17,381 nucleotides of DNA from Geosiphon pyriformis uo1 (Eukaryota; Fungi; Glomeromycota), in contig JAAOMT010000707.1 in assembly GCA_016748015.1 (NCBI GenBank), positions 8,341-25,721 on the forward strand, read 5' to 3'. Numbering within the stretch: the stretch's first letter is position 1; each line of letters starts with the position of its first letter. Shown here piece by piece: positions 1-11,314 of the stretch. The notes under the pieces were generated by a model. The model was given only the letters and a program-made list of their open reading frames with translations. It made no database searches and was not told where the DNA came from. Both the position numbers and the translations under genes were made by a program.

Positions 1-2109
1 AAAAACAAAAATGGCTTATAGAAACTAAAAGATTTGGTATAAAGGAAAAACAAAAAAAAGCAACATCAATTTCAGAAAACAACAAAAAAACTTAAACACA
101 AACATTTTAAATAGTAATTATCGGAAATATTAAAAATGCTCTTTTAAACGAATCTATTTTCGTGTTTATGCTATTGAATTCATAATCCAATCCAATTTTT
201 AAAATTTACAAAACTTATAATTTTTATTAACAATTGATCAACTATATATAACAAAAGAAGTATATTAAACAACAAAATAATTTATAAAAATATTTTTATA
301 ATGATAAAATAACTAGTTATATTAAAAATTGTGATTAGAAAGATACACTTTAAGAATATAGATTAGGAAAAAAGAAAAAGGAGCTAAGCAATAATTTATC
401 TGAATTCAAGCTACAAAACATTTTGAAAAATGAAAATAATTCTGAAATTTTCGAAATTAAGTAATTCAAGAATATTAAAAAATTATGGTTTTATTCCATT
501 GTCTTTGAAATATAAATAAAATTTATGCTATATAATGCATGAAACCAAAAGTTTAACTGATACTATGACTGTTATACAAGAGTTTTAAGACATGAATTCG
601 ATTATAATATATTTTAACACAAAAATATGTTATATTTAATTGTTCTTCAAAAGACTCTTTTTTCATTAAACCATTTTATTTTGACTTTGATACATATTAA
701 TAAAAGGTTATTAATATTATTAGTTTGTATAAATAAACAAAATTTAAAAGCTTATAAATTGTTATTAAATATATGTTTTACTAATTGTAAAATTTTCAGA
801 TAAATATTTTTTCCAATTATATAATTTTCAATTTTGTAAATAAATTTGCAAATAAAAACTAAGGCAATTTTGAAAAAATTATTTCTAAATAAACATAGTA
901 TTATTATTATTACAGTTTACTACAATTTTTATGTTTATCTATATTTTTTTTAATTATTTACATATCTGACATGAATATTAACTTATTCATTAATTCCATC
1001 ATTAAGTTATTTGTTCACTAAATTTTAAACCTAGTTATTGACTTATTTTTATTAACTATATTTATGAATCTTTAAAGTATTTTCTTAATCTAAATCAATA
1101 CTTTAGAATAAAAAACAAAAAGTTTTTTACAGAATTAATTTGAGACTATTTTTATTAAAAACATAATTACTACCTCTTATTAAATTTTAAAGAGTGTTAC
1201 TAAAATATAGAAATATAAAAGCTGTGTTATCTTTTATTAACCATTACAAACTATTTTTTTCTTCAATTTTTAAAATTGGCAATTAACAATAATAAAATAG
1301 CTTATATCTTTGGTTTGCTTTTTTTATATTGCATAAACTTATGGTGTTATTCAAATATAATAAACACAGTTCATGTCTTTTCTTATACATAATCAGCCTG
1401 GTTTGTTTTTTTGTTAAAATTTTTTTAATTAAATTTATATTACTTGTTTTGTTATTTATTATTATATTAATCTGATTCATTAAAATATTTTTTGCATAAT
1501 AACAATACTAAAACATTAAGGTATATATGTAAAATAAGATTGTTTTTATGTGATTTTTGTAAGTATGTTTGTATTAGTTTTATTAAATAGTATTACAATT
1601 TTTTAAATGTATTTGTTTAATTCTGCAAACTAAAACTATGGTTAAAAAAATTAAAGCTAAAAAAATTAAATTAAAAATGCATATAATTTTAGCAATATTG
1701 TTATTTTAATTATTAAATTTTTAAATTTTAAAGTTAATTATATATAAGTTTTTTTGCTTATAATTTGCCCAAGTATTTAAAGTATTAGAGTATTTATATG
1801 AAATATAAGTTATAAAATCAAATTATTTTTTACTAACCAATATTTTGGCTGAACTAATGTAATCAAAAATAGATTGTAATAGCTTTCATAATAGTTAAAT
1901 TTCTAATTTCAATAGTAGCTTAGAATTTTTGCAAGTCTAAAAAAATAAGTTTCTATTAATTAAATTTTTTTTGATCTCAAAATTGTTTAACAAATTTAAA
2001 TTGATAAAATGTCCAATTTCTAAGCCATTAATTATTCATGTTTTTTGCAAACTATTTTTTGAATATATTAGCTATAATATAATAATATTATAAGATTAAA
2101 ATATAAAAC

Positions 2110-2782
2110 CCAATAAATCTTTAAAATTTTATCTTCATGTTAATCATACAAGACTACTTGAGTTTTTAGAAAATGTTTCTTGACTGCTACTAAAATAAAA
2201 ATCTTATTTATTTATAGCTAACCACTTGAGATTTGATTGAATATTGCTCTTATTTAATAAACTTTTAATAAAAAAAATTATTGTACAATTTATAAATTGA
2301 AAATTTCAATTAAACAAAAATTATTATACAATTTATTTGCTTAAATATTAAATTAATAATTGGTATTGTTTTTTTATCACTTATAAATATTGCTAAAATT
2401 TGACTACATAATTTATTTAATCTAATCATAAAAACAGTATTAAAAAAGTTTAAGTTGTTGTAATAACTAGTAGAATCTAAAAACAAAAAATCTGGATATT
2501 TGTATAATAGTTTTAACATGACTGTAGATGTAATACAAAAAGTATAGTTTAACTTTTAGAATTTTAAACATTCTTAATTCTATATTGTTTTAATATAATA
2601 ATGTCTTTAGTTTTATAAGTATTCATTAGGAAATAAATTTGTTAATAAAATAAATTAATATAATAATATATATGAAAAAATGAATGTAAGCAATTTTTTA
2701 CTTTTTTAAATTCTAACACATTTAAATAATATAACTTTTTGTTATACTTGAAAGCATTTTGAATTGTTTCGAGATTAGATAC
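2110..2782 (-). pseudogene. Degenerate Mutator/MULE transposase, catalytic part (probably continues toward ~760)
   Basis: Minus-strand translation LLYKYPDFLFLDST..NNLNF...IFISDKKT (first Asp region). After a short intron, KWLAINN...AVKKHFLKTQVVLYD*H at ~2137-2230 matches the MULE D...FP...LCxWH (CxxH) motif after transition decay. Confidence 0.72.
2779..2782. repeat. Target-site duplication ATAC (left copy)
   Basis: ATAC immediately before the 5' LTR and ATAC at 12825-12828 immediately after the 3' LTR. A 5-bp TSD does not fit (GATAC vs ATACA). Confidence 0.88.
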
Positions 2783-3561
2783 TGTTATTCATAAAAAAAA
2801 ACAGATATAAAAAAATAGGAGACCAATGAGTAAATAGTATTTAGCATGTGAGCACATTGTTCAGCAATATAGAGCAATGACAAAAATCACAACACATTGC
2901 TCAAAAAATTATAGCACATTACTTAGGAATGTGAGCGATCTTATAGAATATCAATTATGTATATATAATGGTAATAGTAGAAGTAGAAAAAGCAGAATCC
3001 ATTAATTAGAAACCTTCCACATAATAAATATTAATAAAATAATTATTCACTATCTCAATCCACTTTCCACTATTAACATTTCATGTTGATAATAATTGAT
3101 ACTTGACCATACTAGAATAATAGCTCTTGATCATGACTATTAATAGGATACTAACTTGCATATTGCCTTGGCTCATTTCTTTATTTCTTTTATTTTTCTT
3201 TTCTTTGATTTTATTGTTGTATACTAATTAATCAGGGATTAAAGTGCTGAGTTATTGACGTCATAGATAGTTTGGTAAAAGACCCAGAAATAAGAGTAGA
3301 ATCATATATATATTAACAGATAACTTATCAAAAAGGCACAACTGCCAGAATAAACTGGCCACCACACTGAAGACAAAAATTGGGAAAACAACTCACCAAC
3401 CAACTACATCATCATTAAATCTCTGTCTATTATACAAAAAACTCAACTCTAAAACCTTCAGATACAACCAATATACCAGTATTACTAGCCATATCAAGAT
3501 ATTGAGCACTAAGTTACAGATTTGTTATTTGATTTGAGACCCCAAATAATCATCTGTAATA
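2783..3561 (+). repeat. 5' LTR (779 bp)
   Basis: Aligns base by base to 11964-12824 at ~88% identity, apart from an 81-bp repeat-unit indel and a 1-bp poly-A indel. Starts TGTTA; ends TAATA (C>T from TAACA). Confidence 0.96.
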
Positions 3562-3563
3562 TT

Positions 3564-3581
3564 TGGTGCTCCTTGTGAGAT
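3564..3581 (+). promoter_or_regulatory. Primer-binding site (PBS), TGGTGCTCCTTGTGAGAT
   Basis: Starts with TGG 2 nt after the LTR end. The reverse complement ATCTCAC-AAGGAGC-A-CCA has the layout of a tRNA 3' end (T-stem, acceptor strand, discriminator A, CCA). It resembles eukaryotic tRNA-Ile(UAU) or elongator tRNA-Met; the identity is not resolved. Confidence 0.85.
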
Positions 3582-4610
3582 ATAATCTTACAGAGAACCA
3601 GCACCATCAACAATCATCCAAAAGTGGCAGAATCAGAAATCATAAGGACAAACCATTTAGAATTTGCCAAATCCTTGTTTCAACAGTACAGTTAACAATT
3701 AGGATTGAACAATAATCATTTCCCAGCAGAATCAGTCTTTAACTTCTATGTCAATGATAAAATCACAGATTACTTAAGAGGAACAGTTAACATTGAATCA
3801 GCAAGGGAAAACTTCTATACAGAATTATTTCAACATACCAGCTTACTAAGAAACTATAGTTTTGCACCAATTATTAAAAAAATCAATCAAACCATTGAAA
3901 AATACACACAACAACAATTCCCCATCACCTATGCAGACAAAAGCAAAGGAAGATTACAAACTCCAGCAGTAACATCAAAACAAATACAACAACTCAATTG
4001 AAAGAAAACCCGAGTTGAATCACTCACCAATTCATCATACCATTATATGCTTGGAAGTACCATCAATATTTTATCAACAAGCACATCAACATCACACATG
4101 ACATCAACATTTGGACGACTCCTATTTCAAAGTAAACAAAAGAAAACAGAATTACTGGGAACCTATAGTAATTATTTTGAAGAATTCAAATCACAATCAC
4201 CAACGCCATCAGGATTTCAATCATTGCCACTTCAACCAGATTTCAGAACCACAAGTCCTTGGGAAATAACAGAATTGGAAGAAAAGCAGAAAGAAGCAGA
4301 AGAATCTGAAGATCAAGAATTTACTTACCAAAAACTGATTTCAAAAAATCCGGACATTGAAACTCCAAACTTTCAGACTTAGCAAGATTTTAATTTAGAA
4401 AATCCAAAAATCAAAACTCCAAACTTTCAAATCTCTCAAGATCCGAATAATACAAATTCTGAAACAATTAATCAAAACTTACCTCCAGTAATTATCATCA
4501 ATCAACTGATTATTGAACCAATTTAACAGCTACTTCAACTGCTCCAACAACCACAACAGTCATTTCAACAGCTACAGCAACAATTACAACCATCACAACA
4601 ACAAATTTTA

Positions 4611-5399
4611 GCACCAATAACATATGCTTTTATTGCCAAACTTGAAAAATTCACCGGCAAAAAGGACAACACCCAAGTATAACTAAACAATATGGAAAAA
4701 GCCATCACAGCCAATGGATAAAATGATGTCAGAGCCATGCAGACCATCTTCTACTTTCTCCAGAATACCACCAATTTATGGTATTAAAGCTTAGCCAAGA
4801 AACCCCAAAATTTCAATACATTTAAGCTTGCATTCCTACAATATTTCAGTAATAATAATAGCATTAACAGATTGGCAAACACTTTCACCACCATCAAACA
4901 AGGAGAAAATAAAACAGTCACTACTTACTTAGAACACTTCTACAGAAATCTGCACCAGATTCAAGCCATCAATGCCAATTATTTCACAGTGGCCCAGATC
5001 CTAAACCAGTTTATTTGCAAATTACACAGTAGCATCCTGCAATGCATACATCCAATATATCCTGTCAATTTGCAAGCAGCCGTTACAAATGCCAGAGATT
5101 TTGAAGCTGTTAAATTAGAAGCCAACCATGCTCAAGCAGTAAATTTAATAATGAACAGATCATCTAACTTGGATTCCAAATTAAAGCAATTCAGTGAATC
5201 AATAAATCAGAAATTAGAGAGATACTTAGCTAACAATAATCAGGCAATTTATCAAACTCCACAGTAACACAATAATCAAGGAAACTCTAATTGTTTCTAT
5301 AATCAATTACGTACATCATCATCGACCAATCAACAGTGGCAACAGAAAATGCATGTTTGGCACTATTGTGGTAAACAAAGACACCTACAAATTAACTGT
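4611..5399 (+). pseudogene. gag: Gag capsid (retrotrans_gag-like) and CCHC zinc knuckle
   Basis: LEKFTG...V*LNNMEKAITANG*...LWY*SL...FKLAFLQYF...IKQGENKTVTTYLEHF (major homology region-like). Knuckle W-H-Y-C-G-K-Q-R-H-L-Q-I-N-C at 5358-5399 fits CX2CX4HX4C with the first Cys lost. Confidence 0.85.
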
Positions 5400-5999
5400 C
5401 ACTATCGCTTAAATAACCAACAATTGGGAAACCAATATTGAAACCCTGATCACTGGTTTCAAACTCCAAATTATCAACCCAGCTCAGCACCATATCAACC
5501 AAATTACTTATCTATGACACAACAACCAATTTATCAACCAACCATATATTAAACTCTAATTTATTAATCATAGCCACCAGTACTATATCAATTACAGCCA
5601 CCAGTCATGTATTAGCTCCAGCAACTTCAAACACCACCACCAAATCTGATTCAATTAACATCAGGAAATCCCAGATCGAGAGTCAGTCAGAACTGGAGAT
5701 CGACAATGGTTATCTATCAACCAATCCCCAGTTCCTCTCACTCATCAACAGGATTATGTTCTCAGAATTCTGGAACTGGGCACACCCAAAACCAGAATTC
5801 TCAACACTATTTAAGTCTTCTGGTTATTCCAGAAGATGCAGTACCCAACAACCTGAAACCCAACTAAAACAAATTACTTATCAGTAATATATCTCCAGCC
5901 ACCAGTACTGAAAACAAATCACTAGCTGCCATCTTTCCTTTTAATCTCGACAAAATCACACCAGTCTTGTTATTTAGTAGAGCCACTCTTGACACCAAA

Positions 6000-6380
6000 C
6001 CAATTACCACTATGTACATGGATGCAAAAGTTGATGGTCATATCATTAAATTGATTCTAGATAGCAGATCAGCTGGCAGTATCATTACCAAGCAACTCAT
6101 AGATCAATTAAGTTGCTGAGTTAACTGCACTGCCAATGCCAGAATTATTACAGTTGATAGAATAACAAAAACTCCCATTGGTGAAATAAACAACTTTCTA
6201 ATTGAAGTCAATGGCATTACAGTACCAATCAAAGTACTGGTCATAGAAGCCACCCAATATTAAGTACTTATTAGTAATAATTGGCTATCTAAAACCAACG
6301 TGTTGCTTGATTGAAACACACAAGAGCTTCAAATTAGCCAGAACAAATAACACACACATGTACTAGCCACATGTGACCAC
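6000..6380 (+). pseudogene. Retropepsin aspartic protease domain
   Basis: AKVDGHIIKLILDSRSAGSII (D-S-G-S active site with G>R at 6060-6071), flap IITVDRITKTPIGEI, and VLISNNWL corresponding to the ILGxDWL-type motif. Confidence 0.88.
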
Positions 6381-7589
6381 TTTAAACCCATCACCACAGC
6401 ATCAGCCCCACTTATCGAATTCAAGGAAGACAAAGAGAAACCTACCTAGGAAGCCTATCAAGTGTTCTGGGCTGACAAAGACCACAATAAGCTATTACCA
6501 ATACTCTTGTGAAATAACAATAAGAGAAAAGGCAAGGAAAAAGAAGAACTTACTTGGAATGCTGACCAAGCCTGAGAAACTGATAATGATCAGAACAAAT
6601 TAGCAAACTGGGAGTAGGAAGAGACTGACAAAAAAAAAGAAAAAGAAAAAGAAACAACACTTACCAGCCCCTCTTATAATTACTACATCTACATTATACC
6701 ACAACAATCCACTTACCATTGGCCAAAACTCATATGCATTGATTGTGGCAAAAAATTGTCATCAATGGGTGCATGTTGTGGTGACAATAAGGAACATCAA
6801 ACAGCAACCAAATTCTACTGTTGCCTATGTGTTATAGAATGCTTTGGATGACCAAAATGACAAGAAAAATAGAACAATGAACTGTGTTTCACATGCAAAA
6901 CTATTTTGCCTGACAAAGAAATGTGGAATAATATTCCTGGGCATGGGAGAATATGTAATGAGATATGTCAGTATACAATCCTAATCAACAACTGAATATG
7001 TAAGGAAACACCAATTGATGATGCCTAGAAAAGAGCATTGTGATGATTGAAAAAATATTCCCATGACAAACATGAACTCTGAAGAATGGCATATGCAAAA
7101 GCAGAAGATGTGACAACTAGTAAACTACTAGAAATCAAAAACAATCCTTTATCTCTTCCTGAATCTGAATACATTCAAACTTTTGACGTCTTTGGCAATA
7201 TTGAGGACAATCCAGAAGAATTCAATGAACATTACCAACAACTAGCACCCACTAAGAAAGAACAAGAACAGTGTTTAAAGCAGTTGAATACTTGATTATG
7301 TCAACATTGCTTAATTTCCTGTGACTTCCAGTATTGTAATGAGTGTAACCTCATTTACAATTCACCACCATGCATGATTTACACGATTCCAGAAGAAGAA
7401 ATCAGCAGCTACACATCAAAATTGGGATCAATGTTTAACTCCAATTCAAACTCTGACAATGATAATGACGAAAACAACAGTTTCAGCTCTGTTTAATATG
7501 ACAACAAAAATAACAATGATTTAGACTCTAATTTGAATCCCAAAACATATATTGCACTCTCTGACCTTACCAAAGAGCAAGAACTAAAA

Positions 7590-8009
7590 TAGTTTAGTGA
7601 TAATGGCAAAGATATCATGCCAGAACGTGTACATAATACTGATACAGGGTTTGATTTGAGATATTTAGGGAAGGAGGCCATAAAATTGGAATCCTATTCA
7701 TGCACCTGCATTGATCTTAAAATAGCATTGGAAATTCTAGCGACAACAATAGTTCAACTAGCATTTAGAAATAGTTTAGTGAAAAAAGGAATCAATATCA
7801 GAGGAGGAATAATTGATACAGAATATATAGAAAATATCATTACTATGCTACAAAATAACTTAAAAAAGACCTATATTATAGAGCCAAATGAAAAGATAGC
7901 ACAGGCAATATTCTTACCTCTGGTGAAAATAGCTCAGTTAGTTTCAGTAGGAAAGAGAAAAAAATTAGGTATGACAGCAAGAAGGATACAGAGATTTGGA
8001 TCAACGAAT
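7590..8009 (+). pseudogene. dut: Trimeric-family dUTPase domain within pol
   Basis: All five motifs are present in eroded form: TGFDL (I), AFRNSL (II, SRSS), GIIDTEY (III, GIIDxGY), EKIAQAIF (IV), RRIQRFGST (V, RGxxGFGST). Confidence 0.92.
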
Positions 8010-8459
8010 AGAATAGATATATTAGTTAATATGACAGAGGAAGAAGTTATTAACAAAGGAGAAATTATCTCAACTCGTCAATTAATTTCTATTCTACTAT
8101 ATAACCAGTATATGTTAGCCATAAAAAGAGAAGTAAAGAATCAAGTTCAGTTGTTTGAAGCAGAAGCCACCATTTGTGAATCAGGAGAAATTGGACTTAC
8201 TAATCTCTACATATCAGCCAAAAGTCCTAAAAACATAAAAATTCCCATCTATAATACAACCAGAAATGTCATTGAGATACCAAAAGAAACTATTATTGGA
8301 TACTTAACCACTGAAGTTGAGAATTAACTGCCAAACCACATTCCAGACTTTTCACAGCTTTGCAAATATGTGGACATCACATCACAAACCATTTATGGAC
8401 GAAGTAAATGTTATCTGCTTCAACCAAAACAATTGGAATAGATTAACATGGGGAATCTA

Positions 8460-9240
8460 GATCCACTTTAGCAGATGCAACTAAAAATGTTGCTCAGCAA
8501 TTTCAATAACATCTTTGCTAGCAAAAATGAATTTGGCCACACCAACATCATTCAGCATCAGATCAAAACTAGAGATGCAATGCCAATTAAACAAAAAGTG
8601 TACAGAGTACCACCAGCCAACCATAAAATCATTCATCAAGAAATCAATCGGATGCTTGACAACAGGCTAATTCAGCTATCAATAAGTCTATGGTTGTCAC
8701 CAGTAGTATTAGTTTGAAAAAAAAATGAGAAAATCCACTTTTGTATGGATTACCAGAAACTGAATGGAGTAATCAAAGGAGATAATTATCTAACTCTCAA
8801 GATTCAAGAATTATTTAATGCTTTTGGAGAAAATAAATGGTTCTCAACATTAGATCTAAATAGTAGTTACTGGCAAGTAGCCATGGATCCAGCCAACAAA
8901 AAGAAAACAGCATTTACTACAAAAGAAAGAAATTTTGAGTTTGAAGTCATGCCATTTGGCTTGATGAATGCTCCAGCAACATTCCAATGGCTCATGAAAA
9001 TTGTCTATACAGAACTACTATGGAAATTTGTAGTTGTATACTTAGATGACACCAATGTGTTTTCAAAAACATTTGATAATCATCTACATTATCTTCAACA
9101 AGTATTCAAAAAACTAAAAAGAGCTGGATTAAAACTAGATACAACCAAATGTTTCTTTGAAAAAACTGAATTCAAGTTCTTAGGACATGTTATGAGCAAA
9201 GACAGAATCAAAACAGATCCAGACAAGATCAAAGTTATTA
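8460..9240 (+). pseudogene. Reverse transcriptase domain (Gypsy type)
   Basis: PIKQKVYRVP, SLWLSPVVLV, FCMDYQKLN, FSTLDLNSSYWQ, KTAFTT, VMPFGLMNAPATFQ, YLDD at 9039-9050, FLGHV. Confidence 0.97.
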
Positions 9241-9464
9241 AAAACTTTTCAGTACTAAACAATCTCACAGAACTAAGAGCATTCTTGGAATTTGCAGACT
9301 ATTATCATCATTTTATCAAAGACTTTTCAAAACTGGCTCAGCCACTACATCATCTACAAACCAAGAATGTGAAGTATGAATGGACCAAAGCTCAACAAAA
9401 AGCATTTGACACATTAAGAAAAAAGCTTATCCAAGCTTCAGTATTGATGTATCCAGATTACAGC

Positions 9465-9830
9465 AAACCATTCATAATTATCACTGATGCATCTGGCCAA
9501 GCATTGGGAGCAGTATTATTGCAGAAAGGACTGGATGAAAGAGAACATCCAGTAGCATATGCTAGTAGAAGCTTAAGTCCAGCTGAAAAAAACTATGGAA
9601 CTCCAACACTAGAACACTTAGCTATCTATTGGACTGTTATCAAGTGGAAAGAATACTTGAATCAAAAGTTTAATGTGTATATAGATCACAAGAAATTGAT
9701 TTCAATCCAGAAGCAGGAATTTGAAGATGATTGTCACACCAGATAGAAAATAGAACTTTCACCATTCAATTATACAGTACATTATAAAAAGGGAAAAGAC
9801 AATGGAAATGCTGACAGACTATTATGAATG
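9465..9830 (+). pseudogene. RNase H domain (Ty3-type)
   Basis: PFIIITDASGQALGAVL, PVAYASRSLSPAEKNY, LEHLAI, YIDHK, R*KIELSPFNYTVHYKKGKDNGNAD. Confidence 0.95.
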
Positions 9831-9876
9831 AGACAAATCTAAAGAAACATTTCAACCCAAAAAAATATAACAAAAA

Positions 9877-11253
9877 ATAAATATACAAAAATACCAACAA
9901 CTACAACATTATATAAATACCTAATTGTTCAAGAAGAAATTATTTCAAAAAGAACAAAACAACATAAAACAACAATCAAAATATTTTATCAATTATCAAA
10001 ATATACTTTACTGAAAAAACAGAAGAAATCCAGATTAACCAACCAGAGTAATTACAGAACCAGAAAAAGAGACAATATTATTCAACATGCACTCAGATCT
10101 AACAGCAGAATATTTTTATAAAGAAGTGATCATAGAAAGAACCAGAAAAAGATATTATTGGCCATCAATGTATCCAAACATTATCTAATATGTTTAAAGT
10201 TGTGATGTTTGTCAGAGAAGAGGAGGAACAAGACCCAGTGAACCATTAAGACCAATTAAAGTAGGACAACCATTTGATTGCATTGGAATTGACTTAGTCA
10301 GACCATTAATAATCACTAGCAGAGGCAACAGATATATTGCAGTAGTTATGGATTATCTTACTAAATAGCCAAAAGCAAAAGCCATTCAAAGAGCAGATGC
10401 AGAATCCATTGCCAAATTTGTCCATCAAGATTTGATCTGTCAACATGGATGTCCAAAAGTACTACTATCAGATTAAAAAACTCACTTTGTGAACAAAACA
10501 CTGGCAAAATTAAGTTAAAGATTTGGAATTAAAAGACTATTGTCATTACTATATCATCCACAAACCAATGGATTAGTTGAAAAATTTAATAGAACATTGT
10601 GTAAAGCGATTGCCAAGATCAGCCAGAAAAACCAGAATGAATGGAATTTGTTTATACCATCAGTACTATTTGCTTATCAGACAATAAAGCAAGACACTAC
10701 ACAAGCAACATCATTTGAATTAGTATATGGTAGAACAGCAACATTACCAGTTGAGATAGAAGTCAATACATATCCAACTGAACCAATAACAGAAGCTAAT
10801 TTCCAAGAAACATTGTTGAGAAGAACATATGACTTAATAGAAACACTAGAAAACAAATGACAAAAAGCAGCTGATAACATTCAAAAGTCACAAGAGAAAC
10901 AAAAAAAAAGACACGATAATTAATTACCAGATAAACCAGTTGAATTCAAGATTGGAGACAAAGTACTTTTACATCATATTAAAGTGAAAAAACAATGGAG
11001 TGGAAAATTTGACCCCAAATAGAATAGACCATTTCACATTGAAGAAATTCTTGGAAATGAAGCTTATAAATTAAGATGGGACAACAAAATCTTAGCCAAA
11101 GCAGCACATGGTGATTGACTGAAACCATATCACCATATAGTATTACCATCTACCAGTAATATTCTACAATTAGGAATACAAAGAATACTAGTCCAACCAG
11201 ATGAGATTCCACAAGATTTGGAACCAATCATAATTATTGGACCAAACACGTAA
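9877..11253 (+). pseudogene. Integrase (HHCC, D,D35E, GPY/F), in a different frame from gag-pol, ~459 codons; no chromodomain seen
   Basis: MH...EYF (ex-GHF)...YYWP...CDVC at 10201-10212; GIDLV with D at 10291; LLSD with D at 10471; QTNGLVE with E at 10579 (35-residue spacing); FKIGDKVLL and PK*NRPF (GPF). Ends at TAA 11251-11253. The start is inferred from ATA at 9877. Confidence 0.92.
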
Positions 11254-11314
11254 AATTGAACAACAAAGAGAGTATATAAAGACACAGTATATGCGACAAA
11301 AGCAACCAAGAAAA

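Larger units (their letters stand above)
3582..9842 (+). pseudogene. gag-pol polyprotein pseudogene (gag, protease, Cys-rich region, dUTPase, RT, RNase H) in one frame, ~2087 codons
   Basis: ORF-track fragments at 3705, 4047, 4872, 7086, 7617, 8475 and 8745 and the protease are all in the same frame. They are broken only by stops revertible to CAA/CAG/CGA/TGG. The start is approximate (ATA at 3582 may be an ex-ATG). The frame ends at TAA 9840-9842. Confidence 0.9.

Noticed and set aside
1-540. A-rich left end
   Set aside because: No ORF, repeat or RNA structure that could be supported; treated as intergenic.
760-900. Possible SWIM zinc finger of the MULE transposase (minus strand ...SKHIF)
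   Set aside because: Too degraded to confirm the CxC...CxH spacing by eye.
6373-6603. 76-aa plus-strand ORF
   Set aside because: Off-frame shadow of the gag-pol frame; the real frame starts one base earlier.
4565-10880. Minus-strand ORFs 4565-4747, 7493-7681 and 10677-10880
   Set aside because: Short antisense shadows of gag, dUTPase and integrase with no motifs.
11130-11253. Chromodomain at the integrase C-terminus
   Set aside because: Only ~40 aa follow the GPF module, with no aromatic-cage (Y..KW.G) pattern.
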